Below, piece by piece: positions 42,768-53,435 of a stretch of 64,000 bases of DNA. Every line of letters starts with the position of its first letter. The first letter of the stretch is position 1. The position numbers and the translations under genes were made by a program. This DNA is from an uncultured Gemmatimonadales bacterium (lineage in GTDB: Bacteria > Gemmatimonadota > Gemmatimonadetes > Gemmatimonadales > Gemmatimonadaceae): positions 1,248,001 through 1,312,000 of the forward strand of contig CAWKNZ010000002.1 in the NCBI GenBank assembly GCA_963851265.1, in the 5' to 3' direction. The notes beneath the pieces are model-generated. The model had not been told where the DNA came from, made no database searches, and saw nothing but the letters and a program-made list of their open reading frames with translations.

Positions 42768-44237
42768 ATGACGGTCGCTCTCACCCTCGACACGAGCGTC
42801 GACACGCTGGCGACGCCGCTGCTGGTCGTCGCACTCGCCGCCGGCGAGCCGCTGCCCGTCGCGCTCGGCGGACTCGATGCCACACTCGACGGCGCGTTAG
42901 GCCGCTCCATTTCGCGGCGCGACTTCCGCGGGGCGCGCGACGAGACGCTGCATCTCGCCGGGCGCGAGTCCGGCGTAGAGCGGGTGCTCCTGGTCGGCCT
43001 CGGCAAGGCAGACGACCGCCGCAGCGCGCTGCGGCGCGCGGGGGCGGTCGCCGCGCGCGCCGCCGCGAAGCTCGGCACGGGCGCGCTCGCGTTCTACGCG
43101 GCCGACCTCGACGCGGACGGCGCGGAGCAGGCAGCCGTCGGGATCACGCTCGGTGCGTGGCAGTATGAGGATCTGAAGACGGCGCCGCCCGAAGGCGAGC
43201 GTCGAGCCCCACTCGCGCGCGCATCGGTGGTGGCGGGAGTCGAGGCGCAGCCCGGGATGGCCGCGGCCGAGGCGATCGGCGCCGGTTACGATCTGGCCCG
43301 CCGCCTCGCGATGATGCCCGGGAACGTCTGCACGCCGGACACCTTCGTCCAGACGGCGCACGACATCGCGGGCCGCTTCGGCCTCTCGGTCACGGTGCTC
43401 GGTCGCGCCGAGATGGAAGCCGAGGGGATGGGGTCGTTCCTCTCGGTCGCGCAGGGCGTGCCCGAAGATCCGAAGCTGGTAGCGATCGAGTACCGCCGTG
43501 GCGGCGACGCGAAGCCGCTCGTGCTGGTCGGCAAGGGGCTGTGCTTCGATTCCGGGGGCATCAACCTCAAGCCCGGCGCAGGGATGTTCAACATGAAGTT
43601 CGACATGTGCGGCGCGGCCGGCGTGATGGGCGCGATGGAGGCGATCGCACGTCTCGGACTTCCCGTGAACGTGATTGGCGTCGTCGGATCGACGACGAAC
43701 ATGCCGAGCGGCACGTCGATGAAGCCGGGCGACGTGGTCCGCAGCATGTCGGGCAAGACGATCGAGAACCACAATACCGACGCCGAAGGACGCCTCGTCC
43801 TCTGTGATCTGCTGCACTGGATCAAGAAGTATGAGCCGGCCGCCGTGATCGATGCGGCGACGCTCACCGGCGCGATCGTGATCGCCCTCGGCCACGCCGC
43901 CGTCGGCGTGTTCGGGAGCGACGCCGCGCTCACGCAGGAAGTGCTCGGCGCGGGCCAGCGGGCGGGCGAGAAGGGGTGGGAGTTGCCGATGTTCGACGAG
44001 TACAAGGAACAGCTGAAGAGCGACGTCGCCGACCTGAAGAACGTCGGCGGCCCGGCCGCGGGGTCGATCACGGCGGCGTGGTTCCTCCGCGAGTTCGTCG
44101 ACGGCGCATACCCGTGGGTGCACCTCGACGTCGCCGGGACGGCGTACTCCGAGACGGACCTCGGCTGGATCCCGAAGGGACCGACCGGGACGCCCACCGG
44201 CACGTTCGTCGAGTTCGTTCGGGCGAGGGCGCGCTGA
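42768..44237 (+). CDS. pepA: Leucyl aminopeptidase (M17)
   Basis: VGKGLCFDSGGINLK, MKFDMCG, NTDAEGRL, ATLTGA, HLDVAG. Confidence 0.95.
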   Translation: MTVALTLDTSVDTLATPLLVVALAAGEPLPVALGGLDATLDGALGRSISRRDFRGARDETLHLAGRESGVERVLLVGLGKADDRRSALRRAGAVAARAAAKLGTGALAFYAADLDADGAEQAAVGITLGAWQYEDLKTAPPEGERRAPLARASVVAGVEAQPGMAAAEAIGAGYDLARRLAMMPGNVCTPDTFVQTAHDIAGRFGLSVTVLGRAEMEAEGMGSFLSVAQGVPEDPKLVAIEYRRGGDAKPLVLVGKGLCFDSGGINLKPGAGMFNMKFDMCGAAGVMGAMEAIARLGLPVNVIGVVGSTTNMPSGTSMKPGDVVRSMSGKTIENHNTDAEGRLVLCDLLHWIKKYEPAAVIDAATLTGAIVIALGHAAVGVFGSDAALTQEVLGAGQRAGEKGWELPMFDEYKEQLKSDVADLKNVGGPAAGSITAAWFLREFVDGAYPWVHLDVAGTAYSETDLGWIPKGPTGTPTGTFVEFVRARAR

Positions 44238-44275
44238 CCCTGACTCCCGCGCGGCGCGCGGCTGCACGCGCCCGC

Positions 44276-46312
44276 GTGGCGCGCGCGGCGGTCACCTGGC
44301 TCGCCCGCGTCGCGGCCGCGCTCGCGATTCTGGCCGGCGCCGCCGCCGCGCGGCGGCTCGGCGCGCAGAGCACGCCGGCGCCGCCGACGCCTAACGTTCC
44401 GGCGCCGATCGGCATGCCGGACCGGGTGCGCGCGCGCGCGGACTCCGCGCGCCGCGCGGCGGGTGACACTCTGCGGCGCCGGCGCGACACGACCGGCGTG
44501 GCCGCGCCGGCCGCGGCCGACACGTCGCGCCGTACGGCCGCCGACTCCATCCGTGGCACCCCCGACTCGCTCAAGACGCCCCGGGTACGGCGCGACAGCA
44601 TCAAGGCGCCGCTCGCGCGCGCCGAGATGCCCACACAGGGCGTGATCGCCGGGCCCGCGTACCGGTTCCGCGGCGATACGATCCTCGCGACCGGGTCGCT
44701 GACCGTTGCCGACTTGCTCGAACGCGTGCCGGGCGTCGTCGTCTACCGGAGTGGGTACATCGCGTCCGCGCAGACCGCGTCCTACCTGGGGGACTTCCGC
44801 CGGGTCCGCGTGTTCCGCGACGGCGTGGAGTTGGACCCCGTCGATCCGCGCAACGGCGGCGTGCTCGACCTCACGGACGTCCAGCTCTGGCTCGCCGAAG
44901 AGGTCACGATCGAGCCGACCGCGGGCGAGGTGCGGGTGTTCATTCGGACGCGCGCGCCGAACAACACCACTCCGCAGACGCGCGTCGACGTGTATACGGG
45001 CGACCAGGAGACCAACCTGTATCGCGCGTTCTACGGGAAGCGGTTCACGAACGGCGGCTTGATCCAGGTGAACCTGCAGGAGTACGGGACCGGGCGCGCC
45101 AACCGCACCGGCGGCGGCGGCGACGCCACCAACGCGCTCATCCGACTCGGCTGGGCGCGTCGCAATCGCAGCATCGATCTGACGTTCACGCGGATCGACC
45201 GCCGTCGGAACCGGGGCAACGATTACTTCAACCTGGATTCGGTGCTCGTCGGCTTCCTCGGCCGGCGCGACGAAGCGTACCTGCGGGCCGCGGTCGGTGA
45301 CCCGGAGCAGGGCGTGTGGGCGCAGGCGATCGCGAACGTGCTGCGCTTCCGGCTCGAAAACCCGCAGCGCGCGCCGCGTGCGGCGACCGACACGACGACG
45401 CCCGTGTACCCCGACTCGAACGTCTACCGCAATCAGTATGTGCTCACCGGCGGGTTCACTCGCTGGGGCGTGCGGTTCACCGCTACGGATCGCTACCGTG
45501 TCGGAAGTGGGCACGCGTACCACGCGCCGTCGTTGCGCGCCGCGTATGAGATCAACCGGCTGTCGCTGTCCGCGCTCGCGGAACGGGTCGGCACGGACTC
45601 GACCAAGCGGCTTGATGCGTCGGCGCGCTTCGCGCTCCTGCCGCGTGTCGCCGTGTTGGGCGGCGTGAGTAGCACGACCGGCGACTCGTCCGTCGGCGGC
45701 ACGCGTCGCGTCGTACGCGCGCAGATCGCCGCGCGGGTGTTGCACGACGCGTGGGTCTCGGTCGGCCGCGTGATCCGCGACGGCGGCATCTTCGCGCCGC
45801 CGCGCCTGTACGCGGTCCCGGAGGGCACGCCGGTCGCGGCGAGCGAAGGGAGGGCGTCGGGGTTCATCGGCGAGTTCCGCGGCGCCGTCCTGCCGTTCAT
45901 CACCGCGAACTTCGGTGGGACGGCGTGGAACGACGCGGGGCTGTATCGGCCGCGGTATCAGGGCAGGGGCGAGCTGCGCTTTGCGAGCGACTTCCTGCGG
46001 CGTTTCCCGACGGGCGAGTTCGGGCTCGCCTTCGCGCTGTCCGACGAGTACCGGAGCCGCACGGAGTTCCCGCTCGCGCCGAGCCCGAGCATCGCGGGGA
46101 CGCCCACCACCGGCACCCCCGGGACCGTCACGCTCGCCAGTGCCGGTGCGAGCAACGTCATCGGCGCGCAGCTCGAGATCCGCATCCAGCACGCGGTCGT
46201 GAGCTACCAGATTCGGAACCTCGGATCCCGGTTCTACCAGGAGGTGCCTGGCGTACAACTCCCGCGCGGCGCGACGCAGTTGTATGGCGTGCGATGGGAG
46301 TTCGGGAACTGA
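44276..46312 (+). CDS. Outer-membrane beta-barrel protein with TonB-receptor plug-like domain (start uncertain)
   Basis: Signal peptide, low-complexity linker, TVADLLERVPGV..VFRDGV plug-like motif, C-terminal YGVRWEFGN. Confidence 0.7.
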   Translation: MARAAVTWLARVAAALAILAGAAAARRLGAQSTPAPPTPNVPAPIGMPDRVRARADSARRAAGDTLRRRRDTTGVAAPAAADTSRRTAADSIRGTPDSLKTPRVRRDSIKAPLARAEMPTQGVIAGPAYRFRGDTILATGSLTVADLLERVPGVVVYRSGYIASAQTASYLGDFRRVRVFRDGVELDPVDPRNGGVLDLTDVQLWLAEEVTIEPTAGEVRVFIRTRAPNNTTPQTRVDVYTGDQETNLYRAFYGKRFTNGGLIQVNLQEYGTGRANRTGGGGDATNALIRLGWARRNRSIDLTFTRIDRRRNRGNDYFNLDSVLVGFLGRRDEAYLRAAVGDPEQGVWAQAIANVLRFRLENPQRAPRAATDTTTPVYPDSNVYRNQYVLTGGFTRWGVRFTATDRYRVGSGHAYHAPSLRAAYEINRLSLSALAERVGTDSTKRLDASARFALLPRVAVLGGVSSTTGDSSVGGTRRVVRAQIAARVLHDAWVSVGRVIRDGGIFAPPRLYAVPEGTPVAASEGRASGFIGEFRGAVLPFITANFGGTAWNDAGLYRPRYQGRGELRFASDFLRRFPTGEFGLAFALSDEYRSRTEFPLAPSPSIAGTPTTGTPGTVTLASAGASNVIGAQLEIRIQHAVVSYQIRNLGSRFYQEVPGVQLPRGATQLYGVRWEFGN

Positions 46313-46370
46313 TGGCAGCCGCGGTCGTTTTGACAAAGTGCTTGTCCCACAATAGGTTGCGCCGCTGCAC

Positions 46371-47279
46371 ATGATCCGGAGCATGACAGGGTTCGGCGCG
46401 GCCGACGGAACCGTCGGGCCGCTGCGCGTCGAGGTAGAGGCGCGGAGCGTGAACCACCGCTTCTTCTCGCCGAGTCTCCGGCTGCCCGCCGCCTTCGCGC
46501 GCTGGGAGGCGGATGTCCGCGACGTGCTTCGCGGGCACGTCGCGCGCGGACACGTGACCCTGTCCATTCGCAGCGAGCGCGATGCCGACGCCACGGGCCG
46601 CGTTCGCCTCGACGGCGGACGCCTGGCCGACTATGCGGCCGCGTATCGCGAGATCGCGACGTCGTTCGGTACGACGCCCGTCGTGAGCTTCGCCGACGTG
46701 CTCCGGCTGCCCGGCGTGCTGCTCGGCGAGGACGACGAGGCGGCGGCCGGACCGAGCGGGACGTCCGACGATCTGGCGGAGCGAGATGCACTGCTCGCGC
46801 TCGTTGCGGCGAGCGCCGCCCGGCTCACGGCGGTGCGCGCCGCGGAAGGCGAACGGATCGCGACGGTGCTCCGGGAGCGCGTTGCAATCGTCGCGACGGC
46901 GTTCGAACGCATTGCCGCCCGCGCGCCGGAGCGCCTGACCGAGCAACGCACGCGACTTCAGGACGCCGTTCGCGAGCTCACGGGGGGCGCCACGTTGAGC
47001 GAGGAGCGCATGGCGCAGGAGATCGCCATCCTCGTGGACCGGGTCGACGTGAGCGAGGAGATCGACCGCTTCCGCGCACACGTGGCCGCCTTCCACGCGG
47101 CGCTGGACGCGACCGACGCCGAGCCGGTCGGCAAGCGGCTCGGCTTCCTGCTCCAGGAGATGCTCCGCGAAACGAACACCACCGGCAGCAAGGCGAACGA
47201 TGCGGGCATCGTGCGCGACGTCCTGCTCGTCAAGGAGGAGTTGGAACGTATCCGCGAGCAGGTGGAGAACGTCGAATGA
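46371..47279 (+). CDS. yicC: YicC/YloC family endoribonuclease
   Basis: MIRSMTGFG, RSVNHRF, DVSEEIDR, GKRLGFLLQEMLRETNTTGSK, IREQVENVE. Confidence 0.95.
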   Translation: MIRSMTGFGAADGTVGPLRVEVEARSVNHRFFSPSLRLPAAFARWEADVRDVLRGHVARGHVTLSIRSERDADATGRVRLDGGRLADYAAAYREIATSFGTTPVVSFADVLRLPGVLLGEDDEAAAGPSGTSDDLAERDALLALVAASAARLTAVRAAEGERIATVLRERVAIVATAFERIAARAPERLTEQRTRLQDAVRELTGGATLSEERMAQEIAILVDRVDVSEEIDRFRAHVAAFHAALDATDAEPVGKRLGFLLQEMLRETNTTGSKANDAGIVRDVLLVKEELERIREQVENVE

Positions 47280-47929
47280 CGGTGGCCGGCCGCGGCGTTC
47301 CGTTTCCCGTGATTCTCTCCGCGCCGTCCGGTGGCGGGAAGACGAGCATCGCCCGACGCCTTCTCGCCGAGCGCGATGACGTCGGCTACTCGGTCTCGTG
47401 CACCACGCGCGCGCCGCGCGAGGGCGAGATCGATGGCCGCGACTACTACTTCCTCACGCCGGCGGCGTTCGACGCCGCCGCGACGCGCGGGGAATTCGCG
47501 GAGCATGCCACCGTGCACGGCAACCGGTACGGCACGCTCAAGCGCGAGGTGGAGCGCGTCATGGCCGACGGCCGCCACGTGTTGATGGACATCGACGTGC
47601 AGGGAGCGCGGCTCTTTTCGGTGGCGTTCCCGGGCGCGGTCCGCGTGTTCGTCCTTCCGCCCTCGGGCGGGGTACTACTCGAGCGCCTCGCGATGCGGGC
47701 GAGCGAGAGCGCCGCGTCGTTCGCGCTCCGCGTCCGCAACGCGCGCGACGAGGTCGCCGCCGCGCACGAGTACGACTACGTCGTCGTCAACGACGCGCTC
47801 GAACGCGCGGTCGCGCAGGTCGGCTCGATCCTCGATGCCGAAGGTACGCGCCGCGACCGCCTCCGCGAGCTCGACACGCAGATCGACGTCGTCGTCGCGG
47901 AGCTCGACGCCGCGGTCGCGGGCGTCTAA
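47276..47929 (+). CDS. gmk: Guanylate kinase
   Basis: SAPSGGGKT, SCTTRAPREGEIDGRDYYF, GNRYGT, DIDVQG. Confidence 0.96.
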   Translation: MTVAGRGVPFPVILSAPSGGGKTSIARRLLAERDDVGYSVSCTTRAPREGEIDGRDYYFLTPAAFDAAATRGEFAEHATVHGNRYGTLKREVERVMADGRHVLMDIDVQGARLFSVAFPGAVRVFVLPPSGGVLLERLAMRASESAASFALRVRNARDEVAAAHEYDYVVVNDALERAVAQVGSILDAEGTRRDRLRELDTQIDVVVAELDAAVAGV

Positions 47930-47968
47930 CGCGTAGCCAACAGCAGCACCACACCAGGAGACAACGCC

Positions 47969-48199
47969 ATGCAGGTTTTCACGCCCAACGAGATCGCCGA
48001 GCGCGCCACCAACAAGTACCTCGCCGTGCTGGTCGCGGCCAAGTACGCGCGCCTCCTCAACGAGTTCCCCCGCATCCCCGGCCGCTCGGGCGAGAAGAAG
48101 CTGACCACGCGCGCGCTCGAGGAGCTGTCGGCGGGCAACATCGGCTTCGACGTCGTTCCGCGCCGCCGCGGCGCGCCGGCGCCCGCCGCCGAGGGCTGA
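47969..48199 (+). CDS. rpoZ: RNA polymerase omega subunit
   Basis: NKYLAVLVAAKYAR, ALEEL; gmk-rpoZ-coaBC synteny; AGGAG RBS. Confidence 0.88.
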   Translation: MQVFTPNEIAERATNKYLAVLVAAKYARLLNEFPRIPGRSGEKKLTTRALEELSAGNIGFDVVPRRRGAPAPAAEG

Positions 48200-48241
48200 C
48201 GCCCGGGCTCTGCCCACCAACCCGGCGGGGCGAGCACGCCC

Positions 48242-49459
48242 GTGCGTCCGTTCGACGGCCGCCACGTCCTGCTCGGGATAACCGGCGGCATCGCGAGCTA
48301 CAAGGCGGCCTGGGTCGCTCGGCTGCTCGCGCAGGCGGGCGCGGTCGTCGACGTCGTGATGACGCGATCGGCGACGGAGTTCGTGGGCGCGGTCACGCTC
48401 GAGGCGCTCGTCGGGCGCCCGGTTCATACGGACCTCATCGCGACCGGCCACGCGCTCGATCACATCAAGCTCGCGCGCGCGGCCGAGGCGATCGTCGTCG
48501 CCCCGTGCACGGCCGACTTCCTCGCGCGCGCGGTCCACGGCCAGGCCGGCGATTTACTGAGCGCTTGCCTGCTCGCCACGACGGCGCCCGTGCTCCTCGT
48601 GCCGGCGATGAACGACCGCATGTGGGCACACCCGCAGGTGCGCCGGAACGTCGAGCACGCGCGTGAGATCGGCTACCACGTGCTCGAACCGGCGAACGGC
48701 CCACTCGCGGCGGGCGAGGGCAGCGGCCCGGGTCGGATGCCGGAGCCCGACGCGATCGTCGCCTGGGCGGGGCGAGTGCTCGAAGCTCCGGGCGCGCTCG
48801 CAGGCCGGCACGTGCTGGTGACGGCCGGCCCGACTCGCGAGGCGCTCGATCCGGTGCGCTACATCTCGAACCACAGCACCGGAAAGATGGGCGTCGCGCT
48901 CGCGACGGCGGCGTGGCGGCGCGGGGCCGCGGTGACGCTCGTCGCGGGCCCGCTCCAGGTTGCCGTTCCCGAGTTCGTCGCGCACGTTGAAGTCGAGACC
49001 ACGGCGGAGATGGCGCACGCGGTCGCGGCCGCGCTGCCCACGGCCGACGTGGCGGTGATGGCCGCGGCGCCGGCGGACTTCCGTCCGGCCGCCGTCGCAC
49101 CCGAGAAGATGAAGCGGCGCGGGGACGGGATCACGCTCGACCTCGCGCCCACGACGGACATCCTCGTGTCCACGCGCGCGCATCGGCGACCTGGCGCCGT
49201 GATCGTCGGGTTCGCGCTCGAAACGTCCGACGGCGAGGCGCACGCCCGCGCCAAGCTCGCCACGAAGTCGCTCGACCTCATCGTGCTCAACGACGCGACC
49301 GAACCCGGCGCCGGCTTCGGCGTCGATACCAACCGTGTGACGATCTTCGGCGCCGACGGCACCGCGGACGTGCTCGCGCTCATGCCGAAGCGCGACGCCG
49401 CGGACGCGATCCTGGATCGAGTGGAACGTCTGCTCGCCTCGCGCGCGGTGGCCCCGTGA
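48242..49459 (+). CDS. coaBC: Bifunctional phosphopantothenoylcysteine decarboxylase / phosphopantothenate-cysteine ligase
   Basis: GITGGIASYK, PAMN, GPTREALDPVRYISNHSTGKMG, VGFALET. Confidence 0.96.
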   Translation: MRPFDGRHVLLGITGGIASYKAAWVARLLAQAGAVVDVVMTRSATEFVGAVTLEALVGRPVHTDLIATGHALDHIKLARAAEAIVVAPCTADFLARAVHGQAGDLLSACLLATTAPVLLVPAMNDRMWAHPQVRRNVEHAREIGYHVLEPANGPLAAGEGSGPGRMPEPDAIVAWAGRVLEAPGALAGRHVLVTAGPTREALDPVRYISNHSTGKMGVALATAAWRRGAAVTLVAGPLQVAVPEFVAHVEVETTAEMAHAVAAALPTADVAVMAAAPADFRPAAVAPEKMKRRGDGITLDLAPTTDILVSTRAHRRPGAVIVGFALETSDGEAHARAKLATKSLDLIVLNDATEPGAGFGVDTNRVTIFGADGTADVLALMPKRDAADAILDRVERLLASRAVAP

Positions 49460-50644
49460 GCGCCGGCGGACCGGACGCGCGAGATCGGCTGCGCCAGTAC
49501 CTCGAACAGCGGCGCGAACTCGGCGAACGCGAACTCGTGCTCGACTCGATGAGCGTGGAAGACGTGTTGCGCGTGATCGGCGTCGACCGGGGCGGGGCCG
49601 CGCTCAAGCCCCCACGTCCGCGCGCGCCAGCGCCCACCGAGATCCCGGCCGACGCGCCACCGGCGGTGACCGAGGCCAACGTCGAGCCCGACGCGGCCGC
49701 CGCCCCGCCGCCTTGGCGGCGGCGAGGACGACGACGGCGCGCCCGCGCCGCACCCCCGGTTACGCGGCGAGGGAGTTGCGGGAGTGCAGGACGCTCTCCC
49801 GCCCGCCCCGCCGGCGGAACCTGAGGCGGCGCCCGACCGGGTCGGCCAGGCGTCCGACGCGGCGCTCGATGCCGCGTCGACCGGCGACTGGCGCGCCACG
49901 CTCCTCGCCGCGGCGACCGGATCTGAACCGCCGAACGAGCCAGCCCCGGACCCCGCGCCCATGTCCAGCCAGTCCCCGCCTGCCTACGTCTCCGGCGCTC
50001 TGTTCCCAGGCCTCGACGTGCCCGTCGGGGTGATCGCGACGGGTGCCGGCACCGAACTCTTCGGCGGCCCGAGTGAAGGGCTCGATTCGCTGGAGCACCT
50101 CGCCGACGCCGTGCGTGCCTGCACCCGCTGCCAGCTGTACCGCACGGCGACGCACGGGGTGCCCGGCGAGGGCCCGCCGGACGCGGATTTCGTCGTGGTC
50201 GGAGAGGCGCCGGGTGCGGACGAGGACGCCAGCGGGCGTCCGTTCGTCGGAGCCTCGGGCCAGCTTTTGACGAAGATCCTCGCGGCCATTAACCTCCGCC
50301 GGGAGGACGTCTTCATCGCGAACGTCGTGAAGCACCGGCCGCCGGGGAACCGCAACCCCGCGCCCGACGAGGTCGCGGCCTGCAGCCCGTACCTCGTGCG
50401 GCAGCTCGAACTGGTCCGCCCGAAGGTCATCCTCACGGTCGGTAACTTCGCCGCGCAGACGCTCCTCGGCACCAAGCTCGGAATCAGCAAGTTGCGCGGG
50501 CAGGTCCACCTCTACCACGGGGTGCCGCTCGTCGCGACGTACCACCCCGCCGCGCTCCTCCGCAACCCGACGTGGAAGCGGCCCACCTGGGAGGATGTCC
50601 AGCTTGCCCGTCGACTTCTCGATCGCGCCGCCTCCCAAGGTTGA
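49456..50644 (+). CDS. Uracil-DNA glycosylase family 4 with long N-terminal extension and an apparent +1 frameshift near 49705-49715
   Basis: CTRCQL, VGEAPGADED, PFVGASG, NVVKHRPPGNRNP, TYHPAALLR in ORF 49784..50644; N-terminal piece starts at the GTGA overlap 49456. Confidence 0.88.
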
Positions 50645-52016
50645 TCCGTACAAGGATCGCCGGCCGCCGTACTCGCTCGACGCCGAGGTGGCGGTCCTCG
50701 GCGCGATGCTCCTCGACCAGGACGCCATCCTGCGCGCCGGCGAGCACGTCGACGACACGATGTTCTACCAGGAAGGGCACCGCCGCGTCTTCCGCGCCAT
50801 GCTTTCCCTGTCGGAGCGGGGCGAGGTCGCGGACCCGCTCACGCTCGCCGAGGAGTTAGGCAGGCGCGGCGAGCTCGAGGCGAGCGGCGGCAAGGAGTAC
50901 CTCGCGTTCCTCATCGACGCGGTCCCGACGGCGGCGAACGTCGAGTACCACGCGAAGATCATTCGCGAGAAGGCACTCTTGCGCCGCCTGATCGAGGTGT
51001 CGACGAGCGTCGTGACGGAGGCGTTCGACGGCCGCCGGCTCGCCGCGGAGCTGCTCGACGAGGCGGAAGCCAAGATCTTCCAGATCGGCGAGGCGCAGAA
51101 CGCGAGCAACTTCACGCGCATCAAGGAGCTGCTCTGGCCGGCGATGGAGCGCATCGAGGCGCAGAGCCGGTCCGGCAACGCCGTCACGGGCGTGCCCACC
51201 GGCTACAAGGACCTCGATGAGATGACGAGCGGGTTCCAGCCGTCGGACCTCATCATCGTCGCGGCCCGCCCGTCGATGGGGAAGACGGCGTTCACGCTGA
51301 ACATCGCGCAGCATGTCGCCATCACAGAGCAGAAGTCGGTCGCGTTCTTCTCGCTCGAGATGAGCAAGGACTCGCTCGTCCAACGCATGCTGACGAGCGA
51401 GGCACGCATCGACGCCCAGACGTTGCGGCGCGGCAAGCTGCGCGACGACGACTTCCCGCGCCTCGCGCGCGCCGCGGGCATCCTGTCGCATGCCCCCGTC
51501 TTCATCGACGACACCCCGGGCATTACGGTCCTCGAGATGCGCTCCAAGGCGCGCCGCCTCAAGAGCGATCACGGGCTCGACCTCGTGATCGTCGATTATC
51601 TGCAGCTCATGGCCGGGCCGAGCGCGGAGAACCGGCAGCAGGAGGTCTCGCAGATCTCGCGCGGCCTCAAGGCGCTCGCGAAGGAACTGCACGTCCCCGT
51701 CGTCGCGCTGTCGCAGTTGTCGCGCGCGGTCGACCAGCGCGCCGGGGCGGAGAAGGGGCGCCCGGTACTGTCGGACCTCCGCGAGTCGGGCGCGATCGAG
51801 CAGGACGCCGACCTCATCATGTTCCTCTACCGCGAGGAGGTCTACGCGGAGCGCGAGAACGGCCAGCTCAAGGACCCGAGCGTGGAGGGAAAGGCCGAGG
51901 TGATCGTCGGGAAGCAGCGCAACGGGCCGATCGGCAACGTGCCGCTCTTCTTCCACAAGCAGTACACGCGGTTCGAGTCGGTGTCGCGCCGCGAGTACGA
52001 GGGCGGACCGGCCTAA
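50595..52016 (+). CDS. dnaB: Replicative DNA helicase
   Basis: AARPSMGKT, FSLEM, VDYLQLM, LSQLSR, DLRESGAIEQDAD, KQRNGPIG; no intein. Confidence 0.98.
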   Translation: MSSLPVDFSIAPPPKVDPYKDRRPPYSLDAEVAVLGAMLLDQDAILRAGEHVDDTMFYQEGHRRVFRAMLSLSERGEVADPLTLAEELGRRGELEASGGKEYLAFLIDAVPTAANVEYHAKIIREKALLRRLIEVSTSVVTEAFDGRRLAAELLDEAEAKIFQIGEAQNASNFTRIKELLWPAMERIEAQSRSGNAVTGVPTGYKDLDEMTSGFQPSDLIIVAARPSMGKTAFTLNIAQHVAITEQKSVAFFSLEMSKDSLVQRMLTSEARIDAQTLRRGKLRDDDFPRLARAAGILSHAPVFIDDTPGITVLEMRSKARRLKSDHGLDLVIVDYLQLMAGPSAENRQQEVSQISRGLKALAKELHVPVVALSQLSRAVDQRAGAEKGRPVLSDLRESGAIEQDADLIMFLYREEVYAERENGQLKDPSVEGKAEVIVGKQRNGPIGNVPLFFHKQYTRFESVSRREYEGGPA

Positions 52017-52019
52017 CGC

Positions 52020-53423
52020 GTGGCGAAGTCGAAGACCGTCTACCGCTGCACGGAGTGCGGCGCCGAGTACAGCAAGTGGCAGGGCCGCTGCGAGACGTGC
52101 GGCGAGTGGAACACGCTCGTGGAGGAAACGGCGGCGCCCAAGGTCGCTGCGGCGAAGGGCGGCGCCGGCGCGGCTCGCCGGATGGGCGGGAGCGCGTCGC
52201 TCTCGGAAGGCGGGACCGTCGTCGCCGCGCCGCGACTGCGCGAGATCGGCGGCTCCGAGAGCGAACGCTGGCGCACCGGGCTTGGAGAGTTCGACTTCGT
52301 GTTGGGCGGCGGGATCGTGCCGGGCTCGATGGTGCTCGTCGGCGGCGAGCCCGGCATCGGCAAATCGACGCTCCTGCTCCAGATCGCCGCGCGAATGCAG
52401 ACCGAGGGCCGATCCACGCTCTACGTCTCGGGCGAGGAATCGCCGCTGCAGGTGAAGCTCCGCGCCGATCGTCTCGACGAGAGTGCCGCGGACGTGACGC
52501 TCCTGTCGGAGACGCTGCTCGAGACCGTCATCGCCACCGGCACCGCGAGCGCGCCCGACCTGATGGTCGTCGACTCGATCCAGACGGTGTTCACGCAGGA
52601 CCTCGAGGGCGCGCCTGGCAATGTCGGCCAGGTGCGGGAGTGCGCGGCGCGTCTGATGCGCTTCGCCAAGGAGACCGGGACGGCGACCTTCGTCGTCGGA
52701 CACGTGACCAAGGGCGGCGGGATCGCCGGCCCGAAGACGCTCGAGCACATCGTCGACACGGTGCTCTACTTCGAGGGCGAGAGTACGCTCGACCATCGCA
52801 TCCTGCGCGCGACCAAGAACCGCTTCGGCTCCGTCGACGAGATCGGCGTGTTCCGTATGACGCAGGGCGGACTGGTCGCGGTCGAGAATCCGTCGGAGTT
52901 GTTCTTAGGCGACCGCACGAGCACCGCGAGCGGCAGTGCGGTCACCGCCCTACTCGAGGGCACCCGCCCGGTGCTCGTCGAGATCCAGGCGCTCGCGGCG
53001 AAGGCCGGGTACGGCACGCCACAACGTGTCGCGACCGGCTACGACGGCCGGCGCCTCGCCCTCCTGCTCGCCGTGCTCGACAAGCGAGCCGGACTCAACT
53101 TCTCGCAACTCGACGTGTTTCTGAACGTCGTCGGCGGCGTGCGCCTGACGGAACCGTCCGGAGACCTCGCCGTGGCGGCCGCGCTCGCGTCGAGCGTGTA
53201 CGATCGTGCGCTCGCGCGCGACGCCGTGTTCCTCGGCGAGGTCGGCCTCGGCGGCGAGATCCGCCCCGTGTCGCAGACCGAGCGCCGGCTCGCCGAAGCC
53301 GCGAAGATGGGCATGCGCACCGCCTACGTCTCCGAGCGCGGCGTACCCCGGCGCGACGTCGCAGGCATCCGCGCGGTCCCCGTGCGCACCATCCGCGAGC
53401 TGTTCGAGCGCACGTTCTCATGA
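52020..53423 (+). CDS. radA: DNA repair protein RadA/Sms
   Basis: CTECG...CETC zinc finger, GEPGIGKSTLL, KNRFG, GEVGLGGEIR. Confidence 0.98.
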   Translation: MAKSKTVYRCTECGAEYSKWQGRCETCGEWNTLVEETAAPKVAAAKGGAGAARRMGGSASLSEGGTVVAAPRLREIGGSESERWRTGLGEFDFVLGGGIVPGSMVLVGGEPGIGKSTLLLQIAARMQTEGRSTLYVSGEESPLQVKLRADRLDESAADVTLLSETLLETVIATGTASAPDLMVVDSIQTVFTQDLEGAPGNVGQVRECAARLMRFAKETGTATFVVGHVTKGGGIAGPKTLEHIVDTVLYFEGESTLDHRILRATKNRFGSVDEIGVFRMTQGGLVAVENPSELFLGDRTSTASGSAVTALLEGTRPVLVEIQALAAKAGYGTPQRVATGYDGRRLALLLAVLDKRAGLNFSQLDVFLNVVGGVRLTEPSGDLAVAAALASSVYDRALARDAVFLGEVGLGGEIRPVSQTERRLAEAAKMGMRTAYVSERGVPRRDVAGIRAVPVRTIRELFERTFS

Positions 53424-53435
53424 CGCCGAACACTG

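Noticed and set aside
43286..46594. Very long antisense and alternate-frame ORFs (e.g. 1102 aa at 43286-46594, 912 aa at 55701-58439, 801 aa at 19982-22387)
   Set aside because: Arg/Ala/Pro-rich shadows of well-supported genes, expected from stop-codon scarcity at high GC.
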